28,778 nucleotides of DNA from a virus (lineage: Duplodnaviria; Caudoviricetes), in the IMG/VR virus record IMGVR_UViG_3300027857_000049, positions 1-28,778 of that record, one strand, 5' to 3'. This document shows positions 14,605-23,669 of the stretch, piece after piece. Every line of letters starts with the position of its first letter. Position 1 is the stretch's first letter. The notes beneath the pieces were generated by a model. It searched no databases, was not told where the DNA came from, and saw only the letters and a list, made by a program, of their open reading frames with translations. The translations under genes were made by a program, and so were the position numbers.

Positions 14605-16889
14605 TGGTTAAATCCTATCGCCGTCAGGATGCACTCGCAGTTGGGATGTGCCAGCGGTGCCTTCTCACCGGATGGGAAGTTCTCGCCGATCTTTCTGACT
14701 TGTCCATTATTCTCTATGCAGATCGGGCACGGCTCCGGGCCCAGAGCTAACCATTTGACTTTCGCGACTCCGGCATCTTCCCACACTTTGTAGTTGCTTC
14801 GCACTTGAGCTGTCGAGACTTCGGTGTTCGCAATCATCTTCGCACGCGCATCGCTGAAGGCGTCAGACGTTCGGATGTCCTCGATGAGGCGAGACATCGG
14901 AGTCTTTTCCTCGAAGGCATTCGTCACGAGTTGCCGCAATCTGTCTCTGGTCGTATCCGAAATAACCCATTTTGCATTTGGATTCGGAACGAGTTCACCG
15001 GCCGCGTTGTACTTCATGCCCACCATTTCAGCGGCCCGCATCGTTGCGTAGTCTCGCGCGATCTCGTTGACCGAGGAAATGAACTTCCCATCCATGATCT
15101 CTAGCTGAAGTATTCCGTCTGAGATTCCTGCAAGCGAGGCTTGCTCCAACGCTTCGCGCGCCAATAGAGGCAGGCTGTTCCATTGGTCTTTGATGGCGTC
15201 GTTAATCTGATCGGCCTTCTTTTCCGGGTCGTCGTCCTTCCGCATCTTCAGAATACGGCTGGCAACTTCGACGGCCTTCTCGCTTTGCCGTTTGAATATC
15301 TTCTTCAGCTCGTTTTCTAGCCGTGCTTTTGCTTGGTGCGTGTCTGGGGTCGCGAGGCCAGGATCAATCCGCGGCACACGGCGCTTCTCAATCTTTTGCG
15401 TGCCCTCGTTTCCCTGCTGTTGCTTCGACTGCGTAACCATGTCCTGCTTTTGCTGGGCGAGCTGCATCTGTTCATCGAGGCTGACGGGCACGGTTCCCAT
15501 AGCTGTGGTGATCATCAGCTTCGCAGCGTCGCCGCCTACTGGGTCAAGCCCGCGAGAGATTCTGTCCTCATCGCGGCTGATGATTCCTGAGTCCACATCG
15601 CTCTTCGATGCTGCTGCCCTCTTCACCGGATCGAGTTCGACCGGAGTATCGAAAGTCAGTTCATATTGATTTGGCCCAATCTTGAAATACTTCGCGATGA
15701 GGCAATTCACCATCGCGCGAACAGAGGCGGCTACTGGCTGAGTTCCTTCTTCTTCGGCAGATTCTTGACTCGATTGTGCGGACGCCCGGTTCATTTGCTT
15801 CATCAGTCTTTGAATCGAACAGCCGTAGAGAAAGGCCATCTTGCGAAGGTGCATCTCATCGAACGGGTCTGCCAGCATCTTCTCTTTCGGGAAGATGAAT
15901 TGATCGCCCGAAGAGCCGCCAGGCTGTTCTCTGTCTACGAATCCCTGCAAAAGTCTGATGGCGCCCGAGCGTTTGTAAAGCTGCCCGCTCATTTCTGAGT
16001 TCAAAGCCTTCTGAGCTTCTTTCAACTTGTCCGGTGTGATCGAAGGGGGTACGACATGGATCGCATCCGGCATGACTCCAGCGGTGTACCAGAGCACCCA
16101 CATATTCAGTCGGTTCTGCCCAAGCTGGATTTCCTCCGCGCCTTGCTCGGTCGGGCTGAAGCCGTAGAGATAGCTTGCGACGGTGTTTCGAGGGACGATG
16201 TTGCGCGGCCAGTAGAGCAACTGGTCGGTCGTCATATCCGTGTACGGAATTCCACCGACAGTTGACGGCGTACCACTCCACAGCATTTGATAAGCAGTCA
16301 GCGGCGGCTGGGGTGTATAGCCAAACTCGTCTATCTGCCGGTTGATGAAAGCGCCATCCACGACGCGGGCTTGATAGATCGAGCCATTTCTCTTGCGTCG
16401 GATGTTGATTGACGCCCAATCTCCGACATAGACGCCTTCGAGCCATTCCCTGAGCCAGCGCTCCCAATCATGTTCACCATCGGGGCAGTCGAAAAAGTCG
16501 TTCAGCATCTTCAGCGTCGGATCGCCGAGTGATCGCTTCTCTCTCTCTTTGTTTGTCTCGCCGGGTTTCTTGACGGCGCGGATCTGTCGCGGCATTTGAG
16601 TCAGAACGTCCTTACAATTTTCGATACAAATTCTGGCGACGAAGTACGTTGCAAAAGTCCTGAGCTGCTGCGCGGTGTAGATCGCATCCGGTCTTGGCGT
16701 GTACGTCTGATTCTGAAAAGGCCAGTATTGCCAGCCGCGAGGCTCTGTGCCCTTCGGCGCAATCGGCGCAACTTCCACACCTGGCCCGAAGTATGCGTTT
16801 AGATCATCGCTGCGCGAGACAGGACGAGTTACCAGATTCGACAGGGATTGAATCGGGTTGCGGAAGAACTTCGTAAGCTGGTTAGCCAC
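14601..16889 (-). CDS. Portal protein fused to a MuF/SPP1 gp7-like head morphogenesis domain
   Basis: Portal motifs (YLYGFSPTEQ, MNRASAQ, GIISRDEDRISRGLDPVGG), then RAKMIANTEVSTAQ...KWLA...CPIC...PLAHPNCECIL. Confidence 0.88.
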   Translation of the reverse strand: MANQLTKFFRNPIQSLSNLVTRPVSRSDDLNAYFGPGVEVAPIAPKGTEPRGWQYWPFQNQTYTPRPDAIYTAQQLRTFATYFVARICIENCKDVLTQMPRQIRAVKKPGETNKEREKRSLGDPTLKMLNDFFDCPDGEHDWERWLREWLEGVYVGDWASINIRRKRNGSIYQARVVDGAFINRQIDEFGYTPQPPLTAYQMLWSGTPSTVGGIPYTDMTTDQLLYWPRNIVPRNTVASYLYGFSPTEQGAEEIQLGQNRLNMWVLWYTAGVMPDAIHVVPPSITPDKLKEAQKALNSEMSGQLYKRSGAIRLLQGFVDREQPGGSSGDQFIFPKEKMLADPFDEMHLRKMAFLYGCSIQRLMKQMNRASAQSSQESAEEEGTQPVAASVRAMVNCLIAKYFKIGPNQYELTFDTPVELDPVKRAAASKSDVDSGIISRDEDRISRGLDPVGGDAAKLMITTAMGTVPVSLDEQMQLAQQKQDMVTQSKQQQGNEGTQKIEKRRVPRIDPGLATPDTHQAKARLENELKKIFKRQSEKAVEVASRILKMRKDDDPEKKADQINDAIKDQWNSLPLLAREALEQASLAGISDGILQLEIMDGKFISSVNEIARDYATMRAAEMVGMKYNAAGELVPNPNAKWVISDTTRDRLRQLVTNAFEEKTPMSRLIEDIRTSDAFSDARAKMIANTEVSTAQVRSNYKVWEDAGVAKVKWLALGPEPCPICIENNGQVRKIGENFPSGEKAPLAHPNCECILTAIGFNQ

Positions 16890-16910
16890 GCGGAGAATAT
16901 CGCACGGAAG

Positions 16911-17114
16911 TTACTTTCCGAACAAGTGAGGAGCGATAGGGGGTTGCGTTACTACGCAATGGCAGGTGTTGCAGGTGCGGACGACCTTATTCGCCGCCGG
17001 ATCAAACAGGATTTGACAGCCACGATTCCCGCAAGCAGGGCAGGCAGAATTCACACTGATCGGATCGGGCACGCTCATAAACCACTGATCGAAAAGGTTT
17101 GTTAGCCACTTCAT
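16911..17114 (-). CDS. 67-aa zinc-ribbon protein
   Basis: MKWLTNLF...CPACGNRG...CNTC. ATGA overlap with the terL stop. Confidence 0.65.
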   Translation of the reverse strand: MKWLTNLFDQWFMSVPDPISVNSACPACGNRGCQILFDPAANKVVRTCNTCHCVVTQPPIAPHLFGK

Positions 17115-18559
17115 ACGCCAGTTCTCCCGCCTGTCGCTGCTGGCACCGGAGCGTTGCCCCAGTGATGTTGGCACTGGGCACAGACCCACAGCGGCCCACG
17201 TTTGTTGATTGCCTTCGATCCGCACTCAGGGCACATACCCGTCTTCTCGTTCGTCGCTGGCTTGATAAGTTGTGACTGCGCGACTTTCACTTGGGCATCT
17301 TGCTCCTCATTCTGCTGTTCTGCAAGAGTGAGTCTGACATTGAGCGGGAATAATTCCGTGAGCGCCCAGACGAGCGCATCCATCCGGTTTGGCGAAACAG
17401 GAGTTATGCCCGGAACATAGCTGCACATTTCTTCTTCGAGCTTTTCAAAGACTCCAACATGGTGCACCGCCGAGCGGGGAATTTCATAGAGAGCTGCGAT
17501 AGGATCGGCGCGCACAAGTTTGCTCCGTGTGGCCGTCACGTCTTTGTAGGCAACGTTGCCATCCACTTCACGAATCAGTTGCCGGATCATGTCGCCGCCG
17601 TAGTTTCTTTCTCCGAGAAGTCTGTCTGCTTTCTTTTCGTGGTAGAGCCAAACAGCCTCTTGCGCCCAAGAGCGTGGAGTCGGCGCCAAGAGTGATCTGT
17701 CTGCCAGAATATATCCGTGGCCGTCTTTGCCGAGCGCAGCACAGACTATGCCAGCCTCGTTCGTTGAACTTCCCGACGGGTCAACGCCCACCACGACGCG
17801 GGTCAGCGGCAAGGCTTCCGGTGGAATGTCGTTCACGCGAGTCGCTTCAATCATCGCCGGCGTCCATAGGGCTCCTGGTACTTCTTCCACATCTTCAGCC
17901 ATGATCTCAAGCCGCCGGCCGAGGTCTGTCATGTCCACCGATATTTCGGCCAGTCCTTCTCTGGAAATGTGCGGGTTATCGTAAGATGTCCAAGTCATGC
18001 ACAGCCAGCGGGGATCGTTCTGCTTTTCTTTGTAGAGCTTCGCGGCGTGCCTCTTGTCTGTCGCCTTCGATGTCGAGCGTGAATACAAACGCGGTGGAGT
18101 GTAGATCAGCACCAGATCCCCGTTATTGTCCGCGAGCATCGGGTAGACCACGACATCCAGCGCGTCTTCGTTCATCAACTGGAATTCGTCGAGGATGATT
18201 AAGTCGCCGTAGTCACCGCGGAGTGAATCGGCGTTCCATGCCGTCTTTGCCTTGATTCGTTTTTCCGTGCCGGGGAATTCGATGATCTTGTCTGATTCGT
18301 ATTTCTTGAGGATGCCAAACTCGATTAGCTCTGCGAGGGATTGAACGATCTCATGCCAGAAGCGTGCGACTTGATCTTGAGTGGGAACGGCATAGAGCAC
18401 GCGGTTTCCCTTATCAACCAAACCTTCGACTGCGAGGATGGATGAGCCGGAAGTCTTTCCGCCACGTCTTCCGGCGCGAAGCATTTTTCTTTTCTTGTCG
18501 GAGTCAATGAAGAGTTGCTGCTTTGGAAAAGGATTCAGATTGTGGACGGTATATTCTAT
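17111..18559 (-). CDS. terL: Terminase large subunit with C-terminal zinc ribbon (start codon uncertain)
   Basis: AGRRGGKT Walker A, LRG...IILDE Walker B, VGVDPS and SPNRMDALVWA nuclease motifs. The start is placed at ATA 18559, which overlaps the terS stop. Confidence 0.9.
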   Translation of the reverse strand: MEYTVHNLNPFPKQQLFIDSDKKRKMLRAGRRGGKTSGSSILAVEGLVDKGNRVLYAVPTQDQVARFWHEIVQSLAELIEFGILKKYESDKIIEFPGTEKRIKAKTAWNADSLRGDYGDLIILDEFQLMNEDALDVVVYPMLADNNGDLVLIYTPPRLYSRSTSKATDKRHAAKLYKEKQNDPRWLCMTWTSYDNPHISREGLAEISVDMTDLGRRLEIMAEDVEEVPGALWTPAMIEATRVNDIPPEALPLTRVVVGVDPSGSSTNEAGIVCAALGKDGHGYILADRSLLAPTPRSWAQEAVWLYHEKKADRLLGERNYGGDMIRQLIREVDGNVAYKDVTATRSKLVRADPIAALYEIPRSAVHHVGVFEKLEEEMCSYVPGITPVSPNRMDALVWALTELFPLNVRLTLAEQQNEEQDAQVKVAQSQLIKPATNEKTGMCPECGSKAINKRGPLWVCAQCQHHWGNAPVPAATGGRTGV

Positions 18560-18933
18560 CCGTTGGATTTCGGGGGCTTCCGGTCGTTCAGGATTCTCAG
18601 GGTTATCACTGTCTGATCCGGGCCGCTGATCTCCACCCTCTGCGGAGCCTTTCCTTCCATCGCTTCCCGGACTTCTTTCGCTGACCTGTGGCCCGAGCCG
18701 TCCTTCCGCAGCATGTCCATGAACCGTTGCAGCGCGTTCGCTTGCGAGAATGTCCGGCCCGGAATGTATTTGATCTTCAGGAGTTTGCAGATCGGTTTCG
18801 GAATTTCTATGTTTGCGAGCGCGAAGTATTCGTCCGTGATTGGCCGCTTCTTTGGTTTCCCGCCCGGATTTCCGCTTTCTCCCGGCTTGAATCTTGGAGC
18901 GGTGAGGCTTTCGACGTGGCCTTTTGGGTTCAT
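18556..18933 (-). CDS. terS: Terminase small subunit (DUF5681-like N-terminus)
   Basis: FKPGESGNPGGKPK motif and EGKAPQRVEISGPD C-terminus. Immediately upstream of terL. Confidence 0.8.
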   Translation of the reverse strand: MNPKGHVESLTAPRFKPGESGNPGGKPKKRPITDEYFALANIEIPKPICKLLKIKYIPGRTFSQANALQRFMDMLRKDGSGHRSAKEVREAMEGKAPQRVEISGPDQTVITLRILNDRKPPKSNG

Positions 18934-18947
18934 TCATTCCCTGATCT

Positions 18948-18974
18948 CAATCCCTGTTCTGAGGGATTGTAGCA
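18948..18974 (-). promoter_or_regulatory. Extended -10 element plus inverted repeat upstream of terS
   Basis: TG-C-TACAAT (18966-18974) overlaps the 8-bp inverted repeat CAATCCCT-N6-AGGGATTG (18948-18969), a possible operator. Confidence 0.45.
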
Positions 18975-19082
18975 CGATGACATCCTCCATCATCCAATCG
19001 GATATTCCAAGCCGACGCATTTTCTCCCCGCCGTTCGCGTCCCGGTAGCCTTCGGGCATTGCCTGAAGCTCGGATAACTCTG

Positions 19083-21296
19083 CTAGGATTCGTTCTCGAA
19101 CAGCCCGCATGACGCACTCTCCGCAGATTTGCAGTTTGCCACAGCCTGCTCGAAATAGCTTTTCTTGAGTTCGATGCCTAAGAATCTGCGCTGCATTTGC
19201 AAGGCGATGTATCCCTCACTCCCAATTCCAGCAAACGGAGAGAGAACTAAGTCGCCGGGGTTAGACCACAACTCCAATGCCCGACGAATGACTCCAAGTT
19301 GTAGGGGGCAAATGTGACGTTCGTCCTCTTGCTCGCGGGCCGATTCTCGTTGCAGCGTGTCTCCTGCGTCAATGTCCATCCAGACCGGAGAAGCGTATTT
19401 CTGCCAGACCGAAACAGGAAAACTCTCGTTGGTGTGCGTGACGCGCTCTGGATTGTCTCCCCGTTTTCGCATGGTTACGAGATAGTCCGGTATCCCTTGA
19501 CGGCTCATGCAGGAATCTTTTTTTATTTGCTTATGAAGAAGCCCTAATGCTTTTGTGCGCTGCATCGCCGTAACGGGGTCTTTCCAGATACAGACTTCCG
19601 AGTGATAGATAAATCCAGCGTCCTGAAAAATGCGAATCAGTTCTCCCCTGAAATCGGAGATCCCAATGACGCCATCTCGCTGTTTGCTGGTTGGGAGATT
19701 CATGCAATGAAAACTCAGTAGACGACCCGGCATCGTCACTCGCAACAGTTCTCCGGTCAGAAAACGGAAGTGCTCGAAGAATTCAGAATGCGTTCGACAA
19801 TTCCCCATGTCTCTTTCGGAAGCCGAGTATGTATAGAGGCTTGCAAAAGGTGGAGAAAATATCGAGTAGTGGATAGAATCCGTTTTGATCTGTCGAGTCG
19901 CTTCCACACAATCCCCGAGGATCATGCGCCATGCTTTCCCCTTTGCCTCTGTGAGTTTATGGGCTTGCTTTTTGACTTTCACGTCGCCTTTGATCTCGGA
20001 TTCATTGATCTCGTGCATATTGGAAACCATTTGCTTCGCCATGTTCTGAGCGTCCTTTTCTTTCCGCTTTATGTTTTCGGTCACGGCCCCTTCGTTCATG
20101 GAAGTCACGATGTAGCAGTCCACTGGATTCTTCTGCCCGAATCTCCAAGACCGTCTGACGGCTTGGTAGAACTGCTCATAAGAGTCAGATAATCCGAAGA
20201 AAATTACATTCGAGCAATGCTGCCAGTTCATCCCAAATCCACAGATGGAAGGCTTGGTAACGAGCACTCGAATGTCGCCATTTGAAAAGCCGAGCATCCG
20301 TTTCTCTTTTTCCTCGCGAGAATCTGAGCCGGAGATTTCCGTACCGTCTGCAATCTTCGCAGCCATTGAGCTTTCGCTGTTCAGGTTGCACCAGATAATC
20401 CACGGCTCATTTGGTTTCGTGGCGACGATGCGTGCGACTTCTGCAGCACGTTCTTCTATCGATTCGCGCCGTGCTCCACGCCGTTCTTCTAGCGTTGCGG
20501 CCGGCATCGCAAACAAATGCCCAGGCAGAGGCTTTCCAGCTTCGACTGTCAAATCGTGGAATCTCAAGTCTGGGAGCATGAAACCCTCATCGGAATAACC
20601 TAGATCCGATGGCTTACGCATCATTACAGCCCATGAGCAAACCCACTTCCAGAAGTCCTTTGTCGCGTGGCGTTTCAATCTCCACTTGGAAGTCTCGCCG
20701 CCATCGTGAACGAAGTAAGTCGAAAGCATTTCGGTGCGCGAGAGCACTCCGAGAAATTCCGCGTGGTTTCCGAGTTCCATGTAATCGTTCGGCGCCGGAG
20801 TAGCTGTGCAAGCGAGCCGATAGGGAGTCTTTGAAAATGTGTTGATGATTTCGTTTCGGGTTTCACCCTCGAAGGATTTCAGAATGCTGGATTCGTCGAG
20901 CACAATGCCTTCGTAATCTTCGGGGTCGAATCGGTCTAGCATTTCGTAATTGGTGACTGTAATGCGATCAAACGTAGAGGCCCGAGCATAGGCGCACTCA
21001 ATCCCGAATTTGCGACCCTCACGCACGGTCTGTTGGGCTACGGCGAGAGGTGCCAGAATCAAAACACGCCCATCGATGTTCCGCGCCCATTCCAGTTGCA
21101 TGATGGTCTTGCCGAGTCCGCAATCACAGAACAGCGCAGCGCGACCTTTGCGGAGCGCCCATCGAACGATGTCTCTTTGGAACGGGAATAGTTTTGGATT
21201 GAGGGTAGATGCTTCGACTTCAAATCCGCACGGCTTTGCTTTTGAAACTTTGGATGCAAGGAAAGAATCGTAGGGTGATAGAATTTCGTTCGGCAT
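19083..21296 (-). CDS. SNF2-like helicase fused to an N4/N6 amino-DNA methyltransferase
   Basis: DCGLGKT, VLDESS, CTATPAPND, GFGMNWQ and QAVRRSWRFGQ helicase motifs. SIFSPPF precedes LSPFAGIGSEG (beta-class order). AGGAGG SD. Confidence 0.88.
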   Translation of the reverse strand: MPNEILSPYDSFLASKVSKAKPCGFEVEASTLNPKLFPFQRDIVRWALRKGRAALFCDCGLGKTIMQLEWARNIDGRVLILAPLAVAQQTVREGRKFGIECAYARASTFDRITVTNYEMLDRFDPEDYEGIVLDESSILKSFEGETRNEIINTFSKTPYRLACTATPAPNDYMELGNHAEFLGVLSRTEMLSTYFVHDGGETSKWRLKRHATKDFWKWVCSWAVMMRKPSDLGYSDEGFMLPDLRFHDLTVEAGKPLPGHLFAMPAATLEERRGARRESIEERAAEVARIVATKPNEPWIIWCNLNSESSMAAKIADGTEISGSDSREEKEKRMLGFSNGDIRVLVTKPSICGFGMNWQHCSNVIFFGLSDSYEQFYQAVRRSWRFGQKNPVDCYIVTSMNEGAVTENIKRKEKDAQNMAKQMVSNMHEINESEIKGDVKVKKQAHKLTEAKGKAWRMILGDCVEATRQIKTDSIHYSIFSPPFASLYTYSASERDMGNCRTHSEFFEHFRFLTGELLRVTMPGRLLSFHCMNLPTSKQRDGVIGISDFRGELIRIFQDAGFIYHSEVCIWKDPVTAMQRTKALGLLHKQIKKDSCMSRQGIPDYLVTMRKRGDNPERVTHTNESFPVSVWQKYASPVWMDIDAGDTLQRESAREQEDERHICPLQLGVIRRALELWSNPGDLVLSPFAGIGSEGYIALQMQRRFLGIELKKSYFEQAVANCKSAESASCGLFENES

Positions 21297-21360
21297 CGCT
21301 TGAGCCCTCCTGAGGCTCTACGTGCAAGGGGCGTCGCGTTGATGCGCGACGTCCCGCATC

Positions 21361-21999
21361 TTACACTTTCGCCTGTAACTTTTCAAGGAATTCAATTCGC
21401 CAGGGATCGTTCGCATCTTTGGCGTCGTTCTTCCGCGTCCGGGATAAATAATAATAGAGCACTTTGTCAACGTAGTGTTCGGTCTTTACCAGCCCACGCA
21501 TCGCATCTGCCCAGCGCCTGTCCTCCCCGAATCCCCCAGACATCGGCTTTGCAAGAGACAGTTCCCGGCGCATCGGGGTCATATGCGAAATGTCGCGACA
21601 GAGTTTCACTGGCTTTGATGGGGTTCCGGGCTCGACATACCAGCCTGTATGTTTGAGAGAGTGTTCAGCAATCAGAGCAGGGGCATGGTCGATGTGGCAC
21701 GCGAAGTTGAATCCTACCTGGTCTACGCCGTCCAGTAGCGGCAGAATCGATGCGATGTAGTCCGGCGCCACAAGGTCGTCATCGTCAATGAAACTGATGT
21801 ACTCAGCGTCGGATTGCTCTTTGAGCTTCTGCCGATTGGTGCCGAGGTCGTACTTCGGATCGAATTCTGTCGTGATGACTTCTACCGATTCGCAGCGGCG
21901 CAGGCCGAGGGATTTAATCTGCGGTTCGAGTAGTTCAGTGAGTTGGCGCAGGAATTCGCGGCGCGAGGGCTGCGTGAGGATGAGGATTTGCCACTTCAT
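21361..21999 (-). CDS. Glycosyltransferase, GT-A fold (family 2-like)
   Basis: ILILTQPSRR N-terminus, EYISFIDDDD DxD motif, GEDRRW. Confidence 0.8.
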   Translation of the reverse strand: MKWQILILTQPSRREFLRQLTELLEPQIKSLGLRRCESVEVITTEFDPKYDLGTNRQKLKEQSDAEYISFIDDDDLVAPDYIASILPLLDGVDQVGFNFACHIDHAPALIAEHSLKHTGWYVEPGTPSKPVKLCRDISHMTPMRRELSLAKPMSGGFGEDRRWADAMRGLVKTEHYVDKVLYYYLSRTRKNDAKDANDPWRIEFLEKLQAKV

Positions 22000-22190
22000 C
22001 CTTTACGCCACTCCGTAGGAATCAATCGAGGATCGCGCTGTTTTTTAGGTTCAACATCTGTGCGAGCACCGTCTGGGAAAATACAGAAGTCGAGGAGTTG
22101 CTTTTTTCCAGCAAGGGTATAGCGCGTCGTCCATCTTCCTTCCCGAATGCGAAGGAGATAATCGCCATGCTCTCTTGTTTCGGTCTTCAT
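21996..22190 (-). CDS. Hypothetical protein (64 aa)
   Basis: MKTETREHGDY..., with ATGA overlaps at both ends. Confidence 0.55.
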   Translation of the reverse strand: MKTETREHGDYLLRIREGRWTTRYTLAGKKQLLDFCIFPDGARTDVEPKKQRDPRLIPTEWRKG

Positions 22191-22828
22191 CGAATGGCCT
22201 CGTTGAGCACCAGAAGCGAATCCCAATGTCCTAGGGCCTTCGTCGGGCCGATGGGTGTGTCTCCGAACACAACCGAGCGATAATCTTTCAGCGGCCCTGC
22301 AAACAGCTTCACAAAGTATGCCGTGTTCCAGCGCGCGCGGTTCGCATAGTCGTGGAATTCAACCGAGATTTGCGTGGCGATTGGCCCCGGCCAGTTTTCG
22401 AGGATTCCGAATTCAGAGCCTTCGCAGTCGAGTTTCACCAGATCGAACTTCGTGTAGACCTTGAAAAATTCTTTGACGGAAATGTTCGTGACCTGCGCGA
22501 TTTTGGAATGATCGTGAATCGGCCAGTCGTAGCCGGGGAATCCCGGCCCCGTGACGATGTAGGAGCCTTCGCCGTCGCCGCCGGTCTGAAGTGTCAATGT
22601 CGGTGATTCCATGCAGGTCAGCGCAGCGTTGTAGAACAGAATGTCAAGATCGTCCGGCTTCTTAATTTCGGGGTCTGGCTCAAGCGCGATGATCTTCGCC
22701 TGCGGTCTGAATTTTAGAATGTCGTAATCGAAAGCAAAGCCGCGACAGCCAACATCCAAAACGGTCGGCACCGCCGGCAGCAAGTCCAGATCAATCGTGT
22801 GCTCTCCGCCTGGTTTTACGAGTTTCAT
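22187..22828 (-). CDS. FkbM-family SAM-dependent methyltransferase
   Basis: VLDVGC, IALEPDP, DLVKLDCEGSEF, QISVEFH. Confidence 0.85.
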   Translation of the reverse strand: MKLVKPGGEHTIDLDLLPAVPTVLDVGCRGFAFDYDILKFRPQAKIIALEPDPEIKKPDDLDILFYNAALTCMESPTLTLQTGGDGEGSYIVTGPGFPGYDWPIHDHSKIAQVTNISVKEFFKVYTKFDLVKLDCEGSEFGILENWPGPIATQISVEFHDYANRARWNTAYFVKLFAGPLKDYRSVVFGDTPIGPTKALGHWDSLLVLNEAIR

Positions 22829-23085
22829 AGATCAACTGGCTCGATTCGATTGTCAGTATTCTTTGAGTGACAGAGCGATATATCGGAAACGATTTCCATT
22901 TTCGCCCTCAATCGGTTGCCATCTCTGTAAAGGGTCGCCCATCCGAGCGGCGCAGAAATGTTGAAATCTAGACTAACTGGGACACGTCCTTCTGGAATCT
23001 GCAAAGTTTCAAAGTCCGTGATTTCGTGATTTGCGTCCTCTAAATCGTCCAATATCAAAACGGTTGCATCGCATATTCTTTTCAT
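22825..23085 (-). CDS. Hypothetical protein, weakly resembling the N-terminal half of a prohead protease
   Basis: ATGA overlaps. EDANHEI...VPVSLDFNISAPLGWATLYRDGNRLRAKMEI. Confidence 0.55.
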   Translation of the reverse strand: MKRICDATVLILDDLEDANHEITDFETLQIPEGRVPVSLDFNISAPLGWATLYRDGNRLRAKMEIVSDISLCHSKNTDNRIEPVDL

Positions 23086-23669
23086 TGCTCCCCCTTTTCG
23101 ATAATCACGAGTCGGTCATCTGGCAAAACATTCGTGCGGAGCTCGACCACGCGATGTTTGATTCCGCGCTCGTTTAACATCGGCGTTAGATTCTCTTGGA
23201 GCAGAACATCTTCGACGACATACACGCCATCGGCAGACAGGAACGGAAGAAATGCCAGGATCGTTCGGAGTTGATCCGGCCCTTTATGCGAAGCGTCGTC
23301 CACCATGAAATCAATCTCGCCGTCGATTAGATGGGCGCAGCGGTCAACTTGGAAATCGCTTGTTTGGTCGCACAGGAACGATTGAATCTTGCCGTGATTA
23401 ACGAGCGTATTCGGGTCGTAGTCCAACCCATAGATTTCAGCTTCGGGAAAAGTCTCAGCCCACATATGCAGCCCGCAGCCGGCAACTTGCTTCGGATGGA
23501 ATAGTCCCGCAGGCCCAAGCCCGAATTCCACAATCTTTTTGATCTCGCGATTCGCGAGAACTTCCATGTACGTGCCGAGATAGTCGTGCGTGTAGGGATT
23601 CCACGGACACAAGAATCTAGAAGTGTAGTGCTTCAGACAGATTTCTGGAAACTCGGCGAGGCGGTTCAT
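23082..23669 (-). CDS. Class I SAM-dependent methyltransferase (sugar O-methyltransferase/Methyltransf_24-like)
   Basis: IVEFGLG, MWAETFPEAEIYGLD, CDQT, MVDDASH and GVYVVEDV, the pattern of MycE/ElmMI-type sugar O-methyltransferases. Confidence 0.8.
   Translation of the reverse strand: MNRLAEFPEICLKHYTSRFLCPWNPYTHDYLGTYMEVLANREIKKIVEFGLGPAGLFHPKQVAGCGLHMWAETFPEAEIYGLDYDPNTLVNHGKIQSFLCDQTSDFQVDRCAHLIDGEIDFMVDDASHKGPDQLRTILAFLPFLSADGVYVVEDVLLQENLTPMLNERGIKHRVVELRTNVLPDDRLVIIEKGEQ

Noticed and set aside
18934-19059. 41-aa ORF between the helicase-MTase and terS
   Set aside because: No SD or motif, and it overlaps the putative terS promoter and inverted repeat. It cannot be supported as a gene.
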